Shown here: positions 1-12,480 of the stretch, in pieces
Layout of the letters: each line of letters opens with the position of its first letter
How positions within the stretch are numbered: position 1 is the first letter of the stretch
Source: Epiperipatus broadwayi
Lineage: Eukaryota; Animalia; Onychophora
Length of the DNA: 64,000 bases
Direction: 5' to 3'
Assembly (NCBI GenBank): GCA_028023455.1
Contig: JAQFVV010000002.1
Span: 6,448,001 to 6,512,000, forward strand
Position numbers and translations under genes: made by a program
The notes under the pieces: model-generated
Told to the model about the DNA's origin: nothing
The model's input: the letters and a program-made list of their open reading frames with translations, nothing else
The model's database searches: none

Positions 1-1256
1 ATCATTTAGAGAGCTGTTTAACACAAATTGATTTTTAAAACACAAGTTTATCACCCCAGAAAAAATGACAATGTTGACTTTTTATACCAAAATAAATTGA
101 TGATTTAATTGGCTATTTAGATCTTTATCTGATGATCTAATTTACATATTAGTACTATATTACACAATTAAATTTTAATAAACTAAAGATCAGCATTTCA
201 TTTACAATTAAATTTTAAAAATAAAAATAATGACTCACCAACAAAATATTAATTATTACATTATTTAATTATAAACTAATTATATATTTTTATTTAAACC
301 AACTAAAATATTTTAAAATAGCATTTTTAAAATAATATTTTATTATTTTATTCCACCTTCATTTTTTTTGTATACTTATTTTTTAAAAAATCTAATTTTA
401 TTAACTACATTCATTTTAAAATCCTAATTATATATTTTATAACTGCTAATTTTTTATCTTGTGATAGACAAATAAATTTTTCAATTTTATAGTACAATTC
501 TAAAGCAATTTTGAAACTTTATTAGAAAAAAAACTTGTAAGCACCCAAGTATGAATATTTACATGTCACATGACTGAAAACTCAGACAATCTATATCAAT
601 TTCTGTCTGGTAACAAAAATAAATGTTTAATCGCAAAAATATTATATTAAAGAATAATGATATAATAATATAATTTATAATAATAATTTTGATATTATTA
701 AACCAAACACATTTCTCCCCACAAAATATTACATTTTAAATAAATAATTTATAATACTATTATTAAGTATAATTTTTATTCTACAATACACTTTATTTAA
801 TTTTAAGTTATTACTTTAAAATTTAGCTTTCAACACTTATTTAAAAGACTTATTAATGTACTATTTTACTATGGCCCGTTTTCCCAACCATACAAAATCA
901 CACTATTTAGCTTTACTTGACTATTTTTAATATATTAGTACAGTTTTATGCATTTAATAACCTCTTTTTACTTTAACAAAGCTTTTAAAAACATTGTCAA
1001 TATTACACAGTAGTCATACCAATTAAAATATATCCTTCATTTAAAAAAATTTTTAAATTGACTAAATAAATTCATTTGGACCTAAACAAAAAGGTACAAT
1101 ATTCTCCTAGACCGCGTATAATGGCCACGCACAAAATGGCTGTTTCTGAAGAGTCAGCACAGCTAATTTTTATCATATTAAAATTATAATTTTAACAGAT
1201 CAAATAAATTGTAATCTAGAGATGTATTGGAAGTACTTATATATGGTACATAAACA

Positions 1257-2861
1257 AATGGGTTTGGTCTATACGATATTCCTATTTGCACCCACAGTAC
1301 AAGTGTATGTATTATATGTATGAGTAAAATTTATTTACACATCAAAACTATATCAAAAGAAAAACTAAGCTTGTAATAACATTTTTTACATGTGGAATAC
1401 TTTTTCATATTTAAGTTGTATTGTCACTTGTAATGTTCCGATACACGTATATATAAATGTATTTTTTTTTTTATTTCTAAAAAATTGGTTAAATAGAATT
1501 TAAATTTTGTATTTATTAGAATGAGATTTTTGTTAATTAATATTAATTTATAAAAGGAAAAACTTTTTGTGAATTGTAATCTGCTTTTAATAATAAAAAA
1601 ATGTTTTGTATTAAGAGAAATTTGTTCTTTGTAATCTTTGTAAAGATAAAATCAAAAATTGATTTTATCTAAAGAATGTAAGAATAATGGGTGATTCAAT
1701 CAACCAAGATGGAAACCATACGATTTCCTATATTAGAAAAATTATACTTTAAGTCATAAAAAAGTAAAAGAATGTAGAAAAGTATATGAAAGTATAATTA
1801 AATTATTGGCTGATGCAATAACTCATAGGGGGGTATTACAATTAGACTGATAAAATCATATGTGCTACTTACTGGAGGCATTGAGGTCAGTTGTTCCTAG
1901 CTCATCCAAGTGAAGAGATGATAGATATTTATATAAAAAAAGAGAAAATATAATTTCTTTTTTTTTGGTCCCAGGAATCGGATCGGATTGTACATGTTTG
2001 CTGAGAAAAGAAAAGTTTTGTCTTCAGCCTGTCCAAATAAAAGAACGATATATGTTTACTAAAAATGAGAGTTGTCTCCAGATTGTCTAAGTATTGGACA
2101 GTATATGTTTGCTGAAAACAAGAAAGCAGTAAGAAAGAAGGAATGAGATTCGAAATTAACCATTCGGATATGGCTGTACTGTTAAATAGATTTTAGAAAA
2201 GCCACTGACAGTATGAATCATCTCTCTATTAAAAAGGGGAAAAAAATCACATTTGAAACTTTGTCATATTTGACTGACGGGCCAAGTGTAATCACCAGTC
2301 ATAAGCAATTATAAGTAAAGCTGAATTTATAAGAAAGTCTGACGTAAATATATATATATGTGAAAATTATATTCACAGACCCAATAACTAATGGAAATGA
2401 TCTTAATATTGGTGCCAGTTTACCAGAAAATCATGGAGTAGACTTATAGCAGCAGTACACCACCCATTCATCCCCGAAGCCCGAAAATGCCATAGAAGCA
2501 GCAGACCCTGATGGAAGAAAGACTCTCATACATGTATTGGTGAAAGGAAGCCCTATCTGCCCTATTGAGTAGCTGTATGGTCCATCTTGCAGTTGAACTT
2601 AAGGGAAATTAAAAGTTCAGATGAGTGTATATAATTTTGTTCTATATAATATTAATTTTTTTTTTATAATTAATGTGTCTTTATTTACTTGTATTTTAGC
2701 AATATTTACCTTGTATTTAAATTTTGTAATATATAATGTTTGTTAACATTTACATACATGTAAACCATTGGACTATCCTTCTTTTGAATGTATTGGCTAC
2801 ATACACTTGATTTGTGAATTTATTACTTTAAAGTGGGGAAGGGGTATAGACCACACCCATT
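1257..2861 (+). other. Unassigned ~1.6-kb segment bounded by 18-bp inverted repeats, containing a decayed ORF-like region (possible TIR element or viral remnant)
   Basis: AATGGGTTTGGTCTATAC (1257-1274) matches the reverse complement of GTATAGACCACACCCATT (2844-2861) at 17/18. The interior from ~1690 to 2600 reads as stop-interrupted, protein-like text (…KKVKECRKVYESIIKLLADAITHRG…). No recognised domain and no clean TSD. Confidence 0.35.
1986..2130. repeat. Degenerate tandem repeat, 3 copies of ~55 bp
   Basis: Anchor TAYATGTTT(G/A)CT recurs at 1991, 2049 and 2102. Copies 1 and 2 also share TTGTCT(T/C)CAG..TGTC.AA. Confidence 0.6.
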
Positions 2862-3558
2862 ATGCGATCATTTTAAATATATTTGTTTCTTTTTTTATAT
2901 ATGTGCATTTGTTTTCTAGGAATGACTATTCCATTTAATCAAGTAACTTCTCATGAATATTATATTTTTCATTATTTGAAATACTAACTGGATTAAATAA
3001 TTTGGTATTTGTAAACTATTCACTATACAGCCTGTGTTGGCGCTGTTTCTGTGTAAAAACACAGAATTATACCGCTTTCACGGCTGAACCTACGGCTAAT
3101 ATACCAGTGATTGTTAATATATGAGTAATCATATGTAGTGGTTATAATACATGGCCAATTCTTCCACGTTCAATAACACTACATCTACTAACAATACTAT
3201 GATGGTAAAGTTTGCCGTAGATTTCATTGCAGGTTTAATTCCTATGCCTATTGACAGAATTTGTATTGTCGCTAGAATTTAAGATGAGAGTGTGAGCATT
3301 GTCATTTTTTTTTTCAAGTGTTTATTTATTTATGTTTATGATTTTATGAATTTACCAACTGAAATATTTTTGCAGACTAGTAATTATCAGCGTATTCTTT
3401 ATGTTTGTGTAAAGTTTTTTTTTTTTTTTGCTAATTTTTTTTTTTTTTTGGTAAATAAAGTAAAAAAAAAAAAGTCAATCTCTGGCAGACGATTGTAGTT
3501 GTTTGCGAAAAAATACCATTTTTGTCGTGACTCAGACGAGAGTTAAAAAAATAACAAA

Positions 3559-4431
3559 ATGTCTTCCATGTTATTAAAATTGTGGGATGTCCCAAACAGA
3601 GAAAGTGGGGCAGTTGCATTTCTGCAAGCCCAAAACATCCTACCACATGCCATTACATGTGAATATGGAAAATCGATGAAACTCACACAGCAGACTTGAC
3701 AGTTTGTATGCTACTTGCGTGCCTGCAGGTGAAACCATGTCTATTCACAAGGGTACATGGTTCAAAGGCTCAAAAATGTGTTTTGTGAAAGCGTTGCATC
3801 TCGTCTATTTATGGAGTCGAGAACAAGTTAGCATTGGGCATGCCAGAGACAACCTGCAACTGTCCAAACCTGCAGTCATTCACTGGACCAATGCTTTGAG
3901 AAAACTCTGTGCTCTGGGCCTGTTGTCCTGCCCTTGCCACCAAATAGGTGGACATGGATTCATCATGGAGGTGGATGAGATGCTTTTCTCCTGGCGAAAG
4001 AATAACCAGGGAAGGATTTTTCCGCAGCAGTGGATCTTCAGAGGCGTATGTCGGGAGACAGGTGAATATTTTGCAACTGCTATCTCCTGTTATTCAGCAG
4101 CCACCCTTCTCAATGCTATCCATGAGAACATCAAGTCTGGATCTATCATCTACTCGGACTGTTGGAAGGGTTATAGAACTACAATTTCATGGACCCCCAC
4201 AACATGTCACTGTTAATCATCGATACAATTTCGTGGACCCCCACAACAGGAGCTCACACTCAGACCATCGAGAGGTCTTGGGGTCTACTTAAGTGGCAGA
4301 ATAAGAAACACCACAGCACAGCATGCCAATATCTCCAAAATTATTTAGCTGAGTTCATTTGGAGGCATCTTCACAAAGACGAGGACATTTTCCAAGCCAT
4401 TTTGAAGGAAATGACTGTACACCCTCAGTAA
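3559..4431 (+). pseudogene. Merlin transposase pseudogene (stops and frameshifts)
   Basis: N-terminal LWDVPNRESGAVAFLQAQNILPHAITC; core IGGHGFIMEVDEMLFSWRKNNQGR…QQWIFRGVCRETGE…IYSDCWKGY; then TVNHRYNFVDP…GAHTQTIERSWGLLK…YLAEFIWR. These motifs are spread over three frames. Confidence 0.9.
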
Positions 4432-4739
4432 CAAGTTGTATGACTTTTTAAAATGTTGGAACATTCATTACAGTTGATTTAGTTTAGTCATAGATGAATA
4501 ATAAATTTATTTTCTGGAAAGAATTTGTGTTTTGTTTGCGATTATTTGGATTTGTAAATCATGTAATTAACACCCAGAATGACCATGTTAAAAAGGGGTG
4601 GCAGAGTTTGTTGGACATCTCTTGATTGATTGTTTTTTTTTGTGTGTGTGTAAAAAAATACTTCTTCTTTTGACATATCTATTCATCTCATTTAGAAGCA
4701 AAAATATATTTTTGTTGTTGTTGTTCTAAATCAATAAAC

Positions 4740-5740
4740 AGCATGTTAAGTATATTTTAAAAATGAACCCGACCTAATTTTTGTTGTTAAAAAAAGAAAA
4801 AAAAGTACCGACATTTTATTTGTTATGAAAACAAAAAATCTTTAACAAACTTGTATAACTCTTAAAAAAGATAAATAAATAAATCCACAGAATGTAACAA
4901 AACCGGTTAATATACATATTTTTTTTGTTAAAAAAACAATACCGCATTTGACTTTTTTGTTTATGACGTTTTATTTGTTCTTATTAAAAAAAAAAAAACC
5001 CACCTCCAAAAACCCCCCCCTTGTATTTATAAATCTAAGAGAAAAAAGAAGTCTTGTTTTATTATTATTAAAAAAACAAAAAAATCAAAACCCCGTTTTA
5101 TTTGTTATAATTAAAAAAAACAAAAAAATCAAAACCCCATTTTATTTGTTATTATTAAAAAAAAAAAAAAAAACTGCTGCCCAAAAAAAACCTGTATTTA
5201 TAAATGTAAGACAAAATACCAAACAATTCTTTTCGTTTATAAGCAAATACGGACATCTGAGGCAGAGTTTGTCGGACAGCTTTGAATTTTTTTTGCTAAA
5301 TCAATCAACAGCAACCCCCGGCATTTTTAACAAATTCAAAAAGAAAGTGTCGATTCTAATTTTAAATAACAAAAAAAAAAAAAGAAAGTCGTATGTAAAG
5401 CAAACTGTTCATATTTGAGATATTCCAAAAAAAAGTTAAAACTTCCCTTATACTTTGAAATGTATCGAATCCAAAACAAACAAAAAAAAGATGTCTGTAA
5501 AAAAAACCAGTAGATTTAGAATGGAAATCCCCCCCCCCCCCAATAAAGGCGTATGTCAAAAATTATGTACTTTTGAGATCCAAAAAAAAAGGTCAAAGTG
5601 TCCATTATAGTTTTAAATTTATCAAATGAAAACCAAAAAAAATAATTATGTCCAAAACAAACAACAACAATATATTAAAAAGAAAAAAATTACAGCCGTA
5701 TGTCAAAATACGATCTATTAGATAAAAAAAAAAAATCTAA
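4740..5740. repeat. A-rich subterminal repeat arrays inside the Merlin 3' arm
   Basis: Short units of the form TTTTATTTGTTATTATTAAAAAAA…CCCC repeat over ~4960-5200. Three longer blocks begin GTATGT(A/C)AA at ~5391, 5551 and 5698. Confidence 0.6.
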
Positions 5741-6499
5741 CAGCCCAGTAATGTTATATCGCTGTTTTTAACTAGAAACAGTGCCACCAAAGGCTGCACA
5801 GTTAATAGTTTACTAATACCAATAATTTTTATATATGAATTTCACATTTAAACTGTTTACCATTTTACTTGCTTAGTTTTGATAAATTATTTATTTGTTA
5901 ACATATAGAATTTTAAGTATTTAATCAAAGTGCTGACCCTCTCATTAACCTGAGATATAAAGAAATCATATAATTAGCTAGACAGGGGTAACTTACCAGG
6001 GAGTTGGATTATTTCATTATTTAGGTCCAAGCTTATTAATTTATTAATATATACAATGATGATCATTCATATTTGTACACTCTCTCAGGAAAGAAAAAGA
6101 AGAATAAACAATAAAGTTCTTGAGTGAGGGTGATGCAAGAGGCTGAATTAAAATATGTCAGTGCTTAAAGGTGTACAAAATCTAAAAAAAAAGATCAACG
6201 TTTAGTTAATCGATCGATTATGGGATAATTTAACTGGGAAGGCTTCGATTGACCTAATTTTAGGTTGAATTTACTTCCTCTAATAATTCTTATGAGATAT
6301 TTTTTTCATATTTAACCAACAATATTTACAGAGAATTATTATCGATTTTCCATTTTGCAACATACATCACTTCATGTTCGGTGCGTATGTGGGTCGAGGT
6401 ATATAAGACCAGTAGATGGAGGAGTGGACCGGTACAATATATATCCAGAGACATTTTCTGGAAATATTATATATCATATTAAACATATATTTCTTTCTA

Positions 6500-8530
6500 C
6501 CTATTACCAGTCATTTTCCTAATAGTAACATACCCTTTTAATAAAAGATGTTTTGCTAATGCCATTATGCTAACCCTATATTCTCTATTTTTGTCATAAA
6601 GATTTAAACAAAAACTTCTTTAGTTTTCTCTACTTTTATGTTTCTTCTACTCTCCACTCTGATTCTCTTCCCCTATTCTACAGTCCAAAAAAAATGTAAA
6701 ATACACTGCATTCCAAATCCACATAAAATACATTTACAATCTAAATCCTTTTTTAAATTTCTTTTCCTGGTATGTAAAGTTTTCATCCTGATATATTTAA
6801 TTATATGATATAAAATAGATTCTTGCAGAAAGTAAAAAGTTTTGTAAAGACCATATGCCAAGAGACCTTGAGGATAAGCTAATTTTTGAATGTATTATAT
6901 ATTATAGAAATTCATCTACTTCTGGGTTTTTTTACTACCTCCTTCCAGATTACCATCACTAAATCATTCTTCCAGATTGATTCTCTATTTTTTCATTTCC
7001 TATTCCATTTTAATAAAAACTTTTTGTTCCTGTACCACATTCTCATTTTCTTTATTCTTGTCATAAAAACTTTTTTTCCTTTTTCCTTTAAATTTTCCCC
7101 AAGTTCAATTCATATTTTTTAAAATCTATTTTCTGAATAAAATATACCAAAAAATAATATTCAATTTCCATCTCTATATGAATCACACTATTTTTTAACT
7201 AATGTATCTACCCTTTTTCCCAATTAGGTACTTGTATTATATTCTCTGCACATTTATTTTGCTTTTTACATAAATACATAGAAATATATTAATTTGCATA
7301 TTGTAAAATTGTTTTGACTAATGTGGGTTTCTCATAAATCCAATTAAATGTTATTTTTATTGATCTTTTTTTTAATCGAAGTAACTTTCTAAATGTTTTT
7401 AATTTGCTTTTAATTTCCAATTTAAAAAAAGATTTTACCCATTATTTTTTGAATAATTTATTTGCTATTTTAAACTCACTGCACAATGCACGTCTATCTA
7501 CTTTTTAAAAATTCTATCCAAAATTTCTAAGATATGGAACTAATACAAAGCCAATATTTCCAAATGGTAAAGTAGAAATCACTATTCCATTTCAAATTAT
7601 TTTATATGTTTCTTTTTTGATATATAAAAAACATTCTTGATTTTTTAATAACTCATTTAATTTTTTTTTGTCTAAATTACAACTATTATATATAATATAT
7701 AGACTGCACACACACCATTAACAAACTAACTAACTTCCTCAAAACAAATTTCCACTATTTTCTAACCTCAGGTTTACCCTTCTTATTAAATACTAATTGC
7801 TCAGATTGTTTATCATTAAATTTAATTTCATATATATCTTTGCACACTTTTTTTATTTATTAATAGGTCCATATTCTTTGTATTATTTGCAAAAAGAAAA
7901 AGAAAACCACCATATTTTGTATTTTCTGGTTCCAAGTTTGACAATATCTCTACCCCCAATCTTTCTATCACAGTCTTTAATTCTTTTGGACATAATGTAA
8001 ATGGTAAAGAAGGTGATAAAAATATCTGTTTAATTCCTGTTTCACATTTCACTTCCATCAATTCTTGTCTTACAATTGGTGTTTGAACAAAAAGCAATCA
8101 TTACAAAAAATTTTAAATCATTCTAAATAAGTCCAGATCGGTTCCCATAGTTATAAGATTTCTCACAATCATCTATATACATTTTCATAAGCTTGTATAT
8201 ATATAAGAATTCAATAAATATATATATATTAATATTTCAATCAACTGAGTAACAGTGAATAAATTATCCCCTATTTATCTCTCGAATAAAATTCATTTTG
8301 AATCTCCCTCAATGTTTATGCACTTTTTTCATTAATATCCATACTTTATAAAAAATTTATAGGCATATTAAGCTATGAATGTTATCATTACTGGTCTACA
8401 ATTAGTTAACAGTCTAAAACCTTTCCTTATTCTTTAACATATAAATAGAATTTTCAGTGATTATCATTTATAAATTTAGTAATGCTTTTTTTTATAACAA
8501 CCTTTCCATATCTACTAAAGTTTTGTTTAC
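6500..8530 (-). mobile_element. Degraded non-LTR retrotransposon, 3' part (RT and C-terminal Cys/His zinc finger)
   Basis: Minus-strand translations: KGFRLLTNCRPV (NYRPI-like, ~8400); DCEKSYN (DLEKAYD-like, ~8170); ETGIKQIFLSPSLPF…LFLFANN (QG..LSP / FADD-like, 7828-8097); CKCILCG…ILHFFW zinc finger (6673-6861). The clade is not resolved. Confidence 0.7.
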
Positions 8531-9261
8531 TGTCATATCTAACCTTGCCTTTAGAAGTGGACTAGTTCAGATTCCTTCCTTATCTGATTGGATTGAGCAT
8601 TCATTGCTGCTGACCAATGTGTGAACATATGAATAATCAATGTATAAACATGGCCAAAGGATAAAAACAAATATGGTCAATGTGTAAACATATATACAAA
8701 ATCCTACCATTAGTTAGGCTCTCTGAATTTGACTGCTGCCAATAAGGTAGGGGATTTGGCAATAGTCAGCCTTTTTGGGAGCAAGAGATATATCTATATG
8801 GATATTCAGGGAGAGAATGTCTGTCTAACCTAAATTATAGTATGCACTCTTAAGTGAGAGAACGTTTGTCTACCTGAATGAGTAAATGTGCTCTCCATTG
8901 CAACCATTTCTAACAGCAAAGATGTTTTTACTATATTCACTAATGATATATCTATGTAGTGAGGCAAGTCCATTATAGGACTGGAAGCTGCTATGATTAT
9001 GGCAGACTTGAGGCAAGCTGTTTAGTATAGCCGGAAGTGTCATTTAACAAACTTGAGGCAAGCAGTTCAGTACAACTAGAAGAGTTAAGACTAGAACTCA
9101 TGAGGCAAGCTAAATATACAGCTGGAAGTTAATCCAGTCAATTGGCATGACCAGCACAGTGTTAACTACATTTATCTATGTACAACTGTATTTTGGGAGT
9201 GTTCATTTTTTTTATTAGTGTTGGTTTGAGTCTAAACCATGCAATTCAGCCAAACACAACA
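8531..9261 (+). repeat. 5' LTR (731 bp)
   Basis: TG…CA termini. Aligns with 10267-10933 at roughly 85% identity by eye, with one segment differing or deleted. Confidence 0.88.
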
Positions 9262-9708
9262 GAGTTGGCAGAGTCAGCCAAAAGCAAAAATTTTCTCCAT
9301 GATTGGAAAAATTGTATAAAATATGCCAAATACAACAGATTTAGAATGGTCAGACAAACAGAAGATTTTTTCCTCCATTGCCTGGAAAAATAGATTAATA
9401 TGTGAGTAGCAATTAAAGACATTTGTCATACTAAAAATCACTATTCTGCCTGAATAAAAATCAGATTCAGCAGTTTGAAAAAAGACACAAGTGCAAAGCA
9501 AATACTTCACCTTATTTACAAATCAGTGATAAAATATATCACTTAGATCTGTCCAAATGAAAAACAGATTTGGCAGAGACAAAAAATTATTTTTCCTCAT
9601 TGATAGGCAAAGTGTATAAAATACAGCAGTTCCAACAGAATTGATTGGAAAAATAAAGTAAATACATAACTAAAGACAAATATGGACATAGGAAGCTGGA
9701 ACACCAGA

Positions 9709-10033
9709 ATTTTCAGAATATCACTAGCACAGAATTCTACACCAAGTAGAGCAATATAAAAGACTCTGGCAGAACTACTATTCAATAGACTTTGTGAACT
9801 AACCTATCAGCCCTGATATCCAATTCCACATATGTAGAAAAAGAAAACAGCAAGATAAAAGACCAAATAGGCCCTCATGTTCTTTGCAGAATGTATTATG
9901 GATCCACAAAATGGTTACCAGCATGGTTACACAACTAAAAGGACTCTACACTGTAGTTCAAACAGTAGTTGGTTATCAACATTATTGCCACCTAAATCAA
10001 CTGAGATCACACAGAAACAAGTACATCAAGTGA
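9709..10033 (+). pseudogene. Gypsy integrase C-terminal remnant
   Basis: RISLAQNSTPSRAI*KTLAELLFNR (YRSTPH..TG.SPAELL.R-like), then IGPHVLCRMYYGSTKWLP-MVTQLKGLYTVVQTVVGYQHYCHLNQLR (W.PG.V…Y.V…RH.NQLR-like). Confidence 0.75.
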
Positions 10034-10266
10034 AAAGGTTGACCATCAAAGTGAAGACAGCAACAACCCAATGAACATTCCAAGTACATCAAGTAAAAAT
10101 GATGACCACTAACTAAAAACAGCAGCAAACAACCAGGGACATGACAATCAAACAAGAATGATAAACAAGACAAGAACAGCAATAAACCTGAGAAACCAAC
10201 AAAGCAGACATGTCATCTATTTCATCTCAATGACTGTTCTCCAGGGCTAAATTTAGTGGGGGTGTG

Positions 10267-10933
10267 TGTCATATCTGACCTTGCCTTCAGAAGTGGACTA
10301 GTCCAGATTCTTTTCTTATCTGATCAGATTGAGCACTTTATTGCTGCTAAACAATGTGTAAACGTGGATAATCAATGTATAAACATGACAAAGGGTAAAA
10401 ACAAGTATGGCCAATGGGTAAACCATGTATAAAAATCCTACCATTAGTTAGGCTCTCTGAATCTGACTTCTGCCGTAAGGTAGGGGATTTGGAAATAAAT
10501 AGTCAGCCTTTTGGGGGGTAAGAGATATATCTGTATGGATATGCAGGAGAATGTCTGTCTAACATAAATGATAGTATGTACTCTTAAGGAGAGAATATAA
10601 AACCATTTTGAAAAGTGGAGGTGCTTCAGTAAGGCAAGTTCATGATAAGACTGGAAGCTGCTATGACTATGGCAGACTCAAGGCAAGATGTTTAGTACAT
10701 CCAGAAGAGTCATTTAACAAATTTGAGGCAAGCTGTCCAGTACAGTCAGGAATGTTAAGACTAGAACTCATAAGGCAAGCTAAATATACAGATGGAAGTG
10801 AGTACAATCATTCAGCATGACCAGCACAGTATTAACTGTGTTTATCTACGTATAACTGTATTTTGGGAGTGTTCATATTTTTTTTATGTTATTGTTGGTT
10901 TGAGTCTAAACTGCAATTCAGCCAAACACAATA
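10267..10933 (+). repeat. 3' LTR (667 bp)
   Basis: Follows the PPT. Direct repeat of 8531-9261. Confidence 0.88.
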
Positions 10934-12480
10934 GTTACTATACTATCTAATCTGTGTGTTTTTCCTTTTTAAATTTATTTATTGTTTTATTCAATTCTTA
11001 ATCCATTATTCTATACATTTCCTCAAGAATTAAGTTCTCTAATTATATTTATTTATTAACTCACCATCATCCTTTTTTTTTTTTTACAAACTCATAGAAT
11101 ATTTTTTTCCAAAATTTCTTTCCTAAACCCACATTCTCTTTTTTCTTTTTACATTTAACTACTTTATAGTCCTTTTTTTTCTTAATTCTAATTTTTTTTA
11201 CTGCATCATTAGTTTTTCTCATTTAACTTTTTATTTAATTCTCTCTATTTCAATTTTTAATTTTATTTTAGCTTCTTTATGTTGCCATTCCATCTCATCT
11301 TTTGTTTTTTTATTTTTTCATTTGTTTCTTAAAAGCATCTTTGCATTCTATACTTGCCTTTTTTTTCTTTTACATTTTCTAAAATATTTTTATTTTTAAC
11401 TGTTAGTTTTATTGTTCTAAATAAATACGTATTTTCAACTTTCTTCCCCATATCAGCTTATCTTTTTTAAATTTATCATCTCTCTATTTTAATTTTTTTT
11501 ATTTCTCATCTGAAACTATCAACATTTCTATAAAGTTATGCACTTAATCTTTCAGATATGATCATTATTACACATTTTTAAAATCATCAAAGACATGAAT
11601 TTCCTGGTACTTATACCACATATAATCAATAAAGTTCTTTAAATTCTGCATCACCCATATAATCTTCTCATCATATACTCTTCTCGTACTTCCAACTTTT
11701 ATTTAATTTTTGTCATATATCTTAATCAATAATGCCCAGTAATATTGCTTTTTGTAAATGTTTTATTATTACTCTTTTTAATTCTATCTATATTCTTATA
11801 TAAATATTTCTAAATATTTTTATTACACCCTTTTAGTTTTTTTTAAATTTTCAGTAACAAAGTATATTATAGGTGCATTTATCTTAATCAAATATATGCA
11901 TGTTCTTTAAAATTTATGAAATGTTTTTTTATAATAATGATATCTATATTTTTTGTAATCAATATTATGTACATTTGCTTTCTATTTCCATTTTTAAAAA
12001 AATATAGTACTTCTTCATCTCTCAACTGTGTCTTTACTACTAATAATGAATCTAAATTTTTTTCCTATATAAAAACTTTCTAAAACTCTTTCTACTAATT
12101 TTTTTCTCTATCAATTTCTTTTAAACATTCTGCTCTTATAACTATTTCCAGTCATTTTGTAAATAATCTATTGTTCTATCTTCATCTGTATTTTACTTTA
12201 TCTTATTCTCTTTTTCAAATACAAATACATCATTTATTTTTATTTTTGTCTCCAACATTACACTGTTTTTACATATATATATATATTCCACTCTCTTCAT
12301 TAACTTAATACATAAAATTTATTGTAAATTAATTCTTTTACATTTTATTTTTCTTCCCTAATAAATATAACCAATCTAACACATCACGCAGCTAAAAAAT
12401 TAACATCACTATTCTCACAATTTTTTTTAATTTCAAATTAACTTAAAAAAACTGTCTACATTTATCCCACTATCAAATCT
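10934..12480 (-). mobile_element. Degraded LINE, 5' part (apurinic endonuclease region), probably continuous with 6500-8530
   Basis: Decayed minus-strand EN motifs appear in the correct order: SDVNFLA (~12390), YLIKINAP (~11890), YMGDA (GDFN-like, ~11655), NDH (SDH-like, ~11560). Same strand and same T/C skew as the RT half. Confidence 0.5.

Larger units (their letters stand above)
3004..5820 (+). mobile_element. Full-length Merlin (IS1595/ISXO2-like) DNA transposon, inactive
   Basis: 58-bp TIRs starting GGTATT (3004-3061 vs 5763-5820, about 48/58 identical). Perfect 8-bp TSD AATAATTT at 2996-3003 and 5821-5828. Internal DDE transposase. GG termini with an 8-bp TSD are typical of Merlin. Confidence 0.92.
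8531..10933 (+). mobile_element. Internally deleted Ty3/Gypsy LTR retrotransposon (Mag-like), inserted into the older LINE
   Basis: Two LTRs (TGTCATATC…CACAACA/TA). PBS-like TGGCAGAGTCAGCC at 9266-9279 resembles the tRNA-Ser PBS TGGCGCAGTCGG. G-rich PPT AGTGGGGGTGTG precedes 10267. The 5-bp TSD is TTTAC/GTTAC (1 mismatch). The interior is only ~1 kb, with gag-like and integrase C-terminal remnants. Confidence 0.88.

Noticed and set aside
4948-5418. 156-aa ORF
   Set aside because: It is a Lys/Phe-rich translation of A-rich subterminal repeats and starts at TTG.
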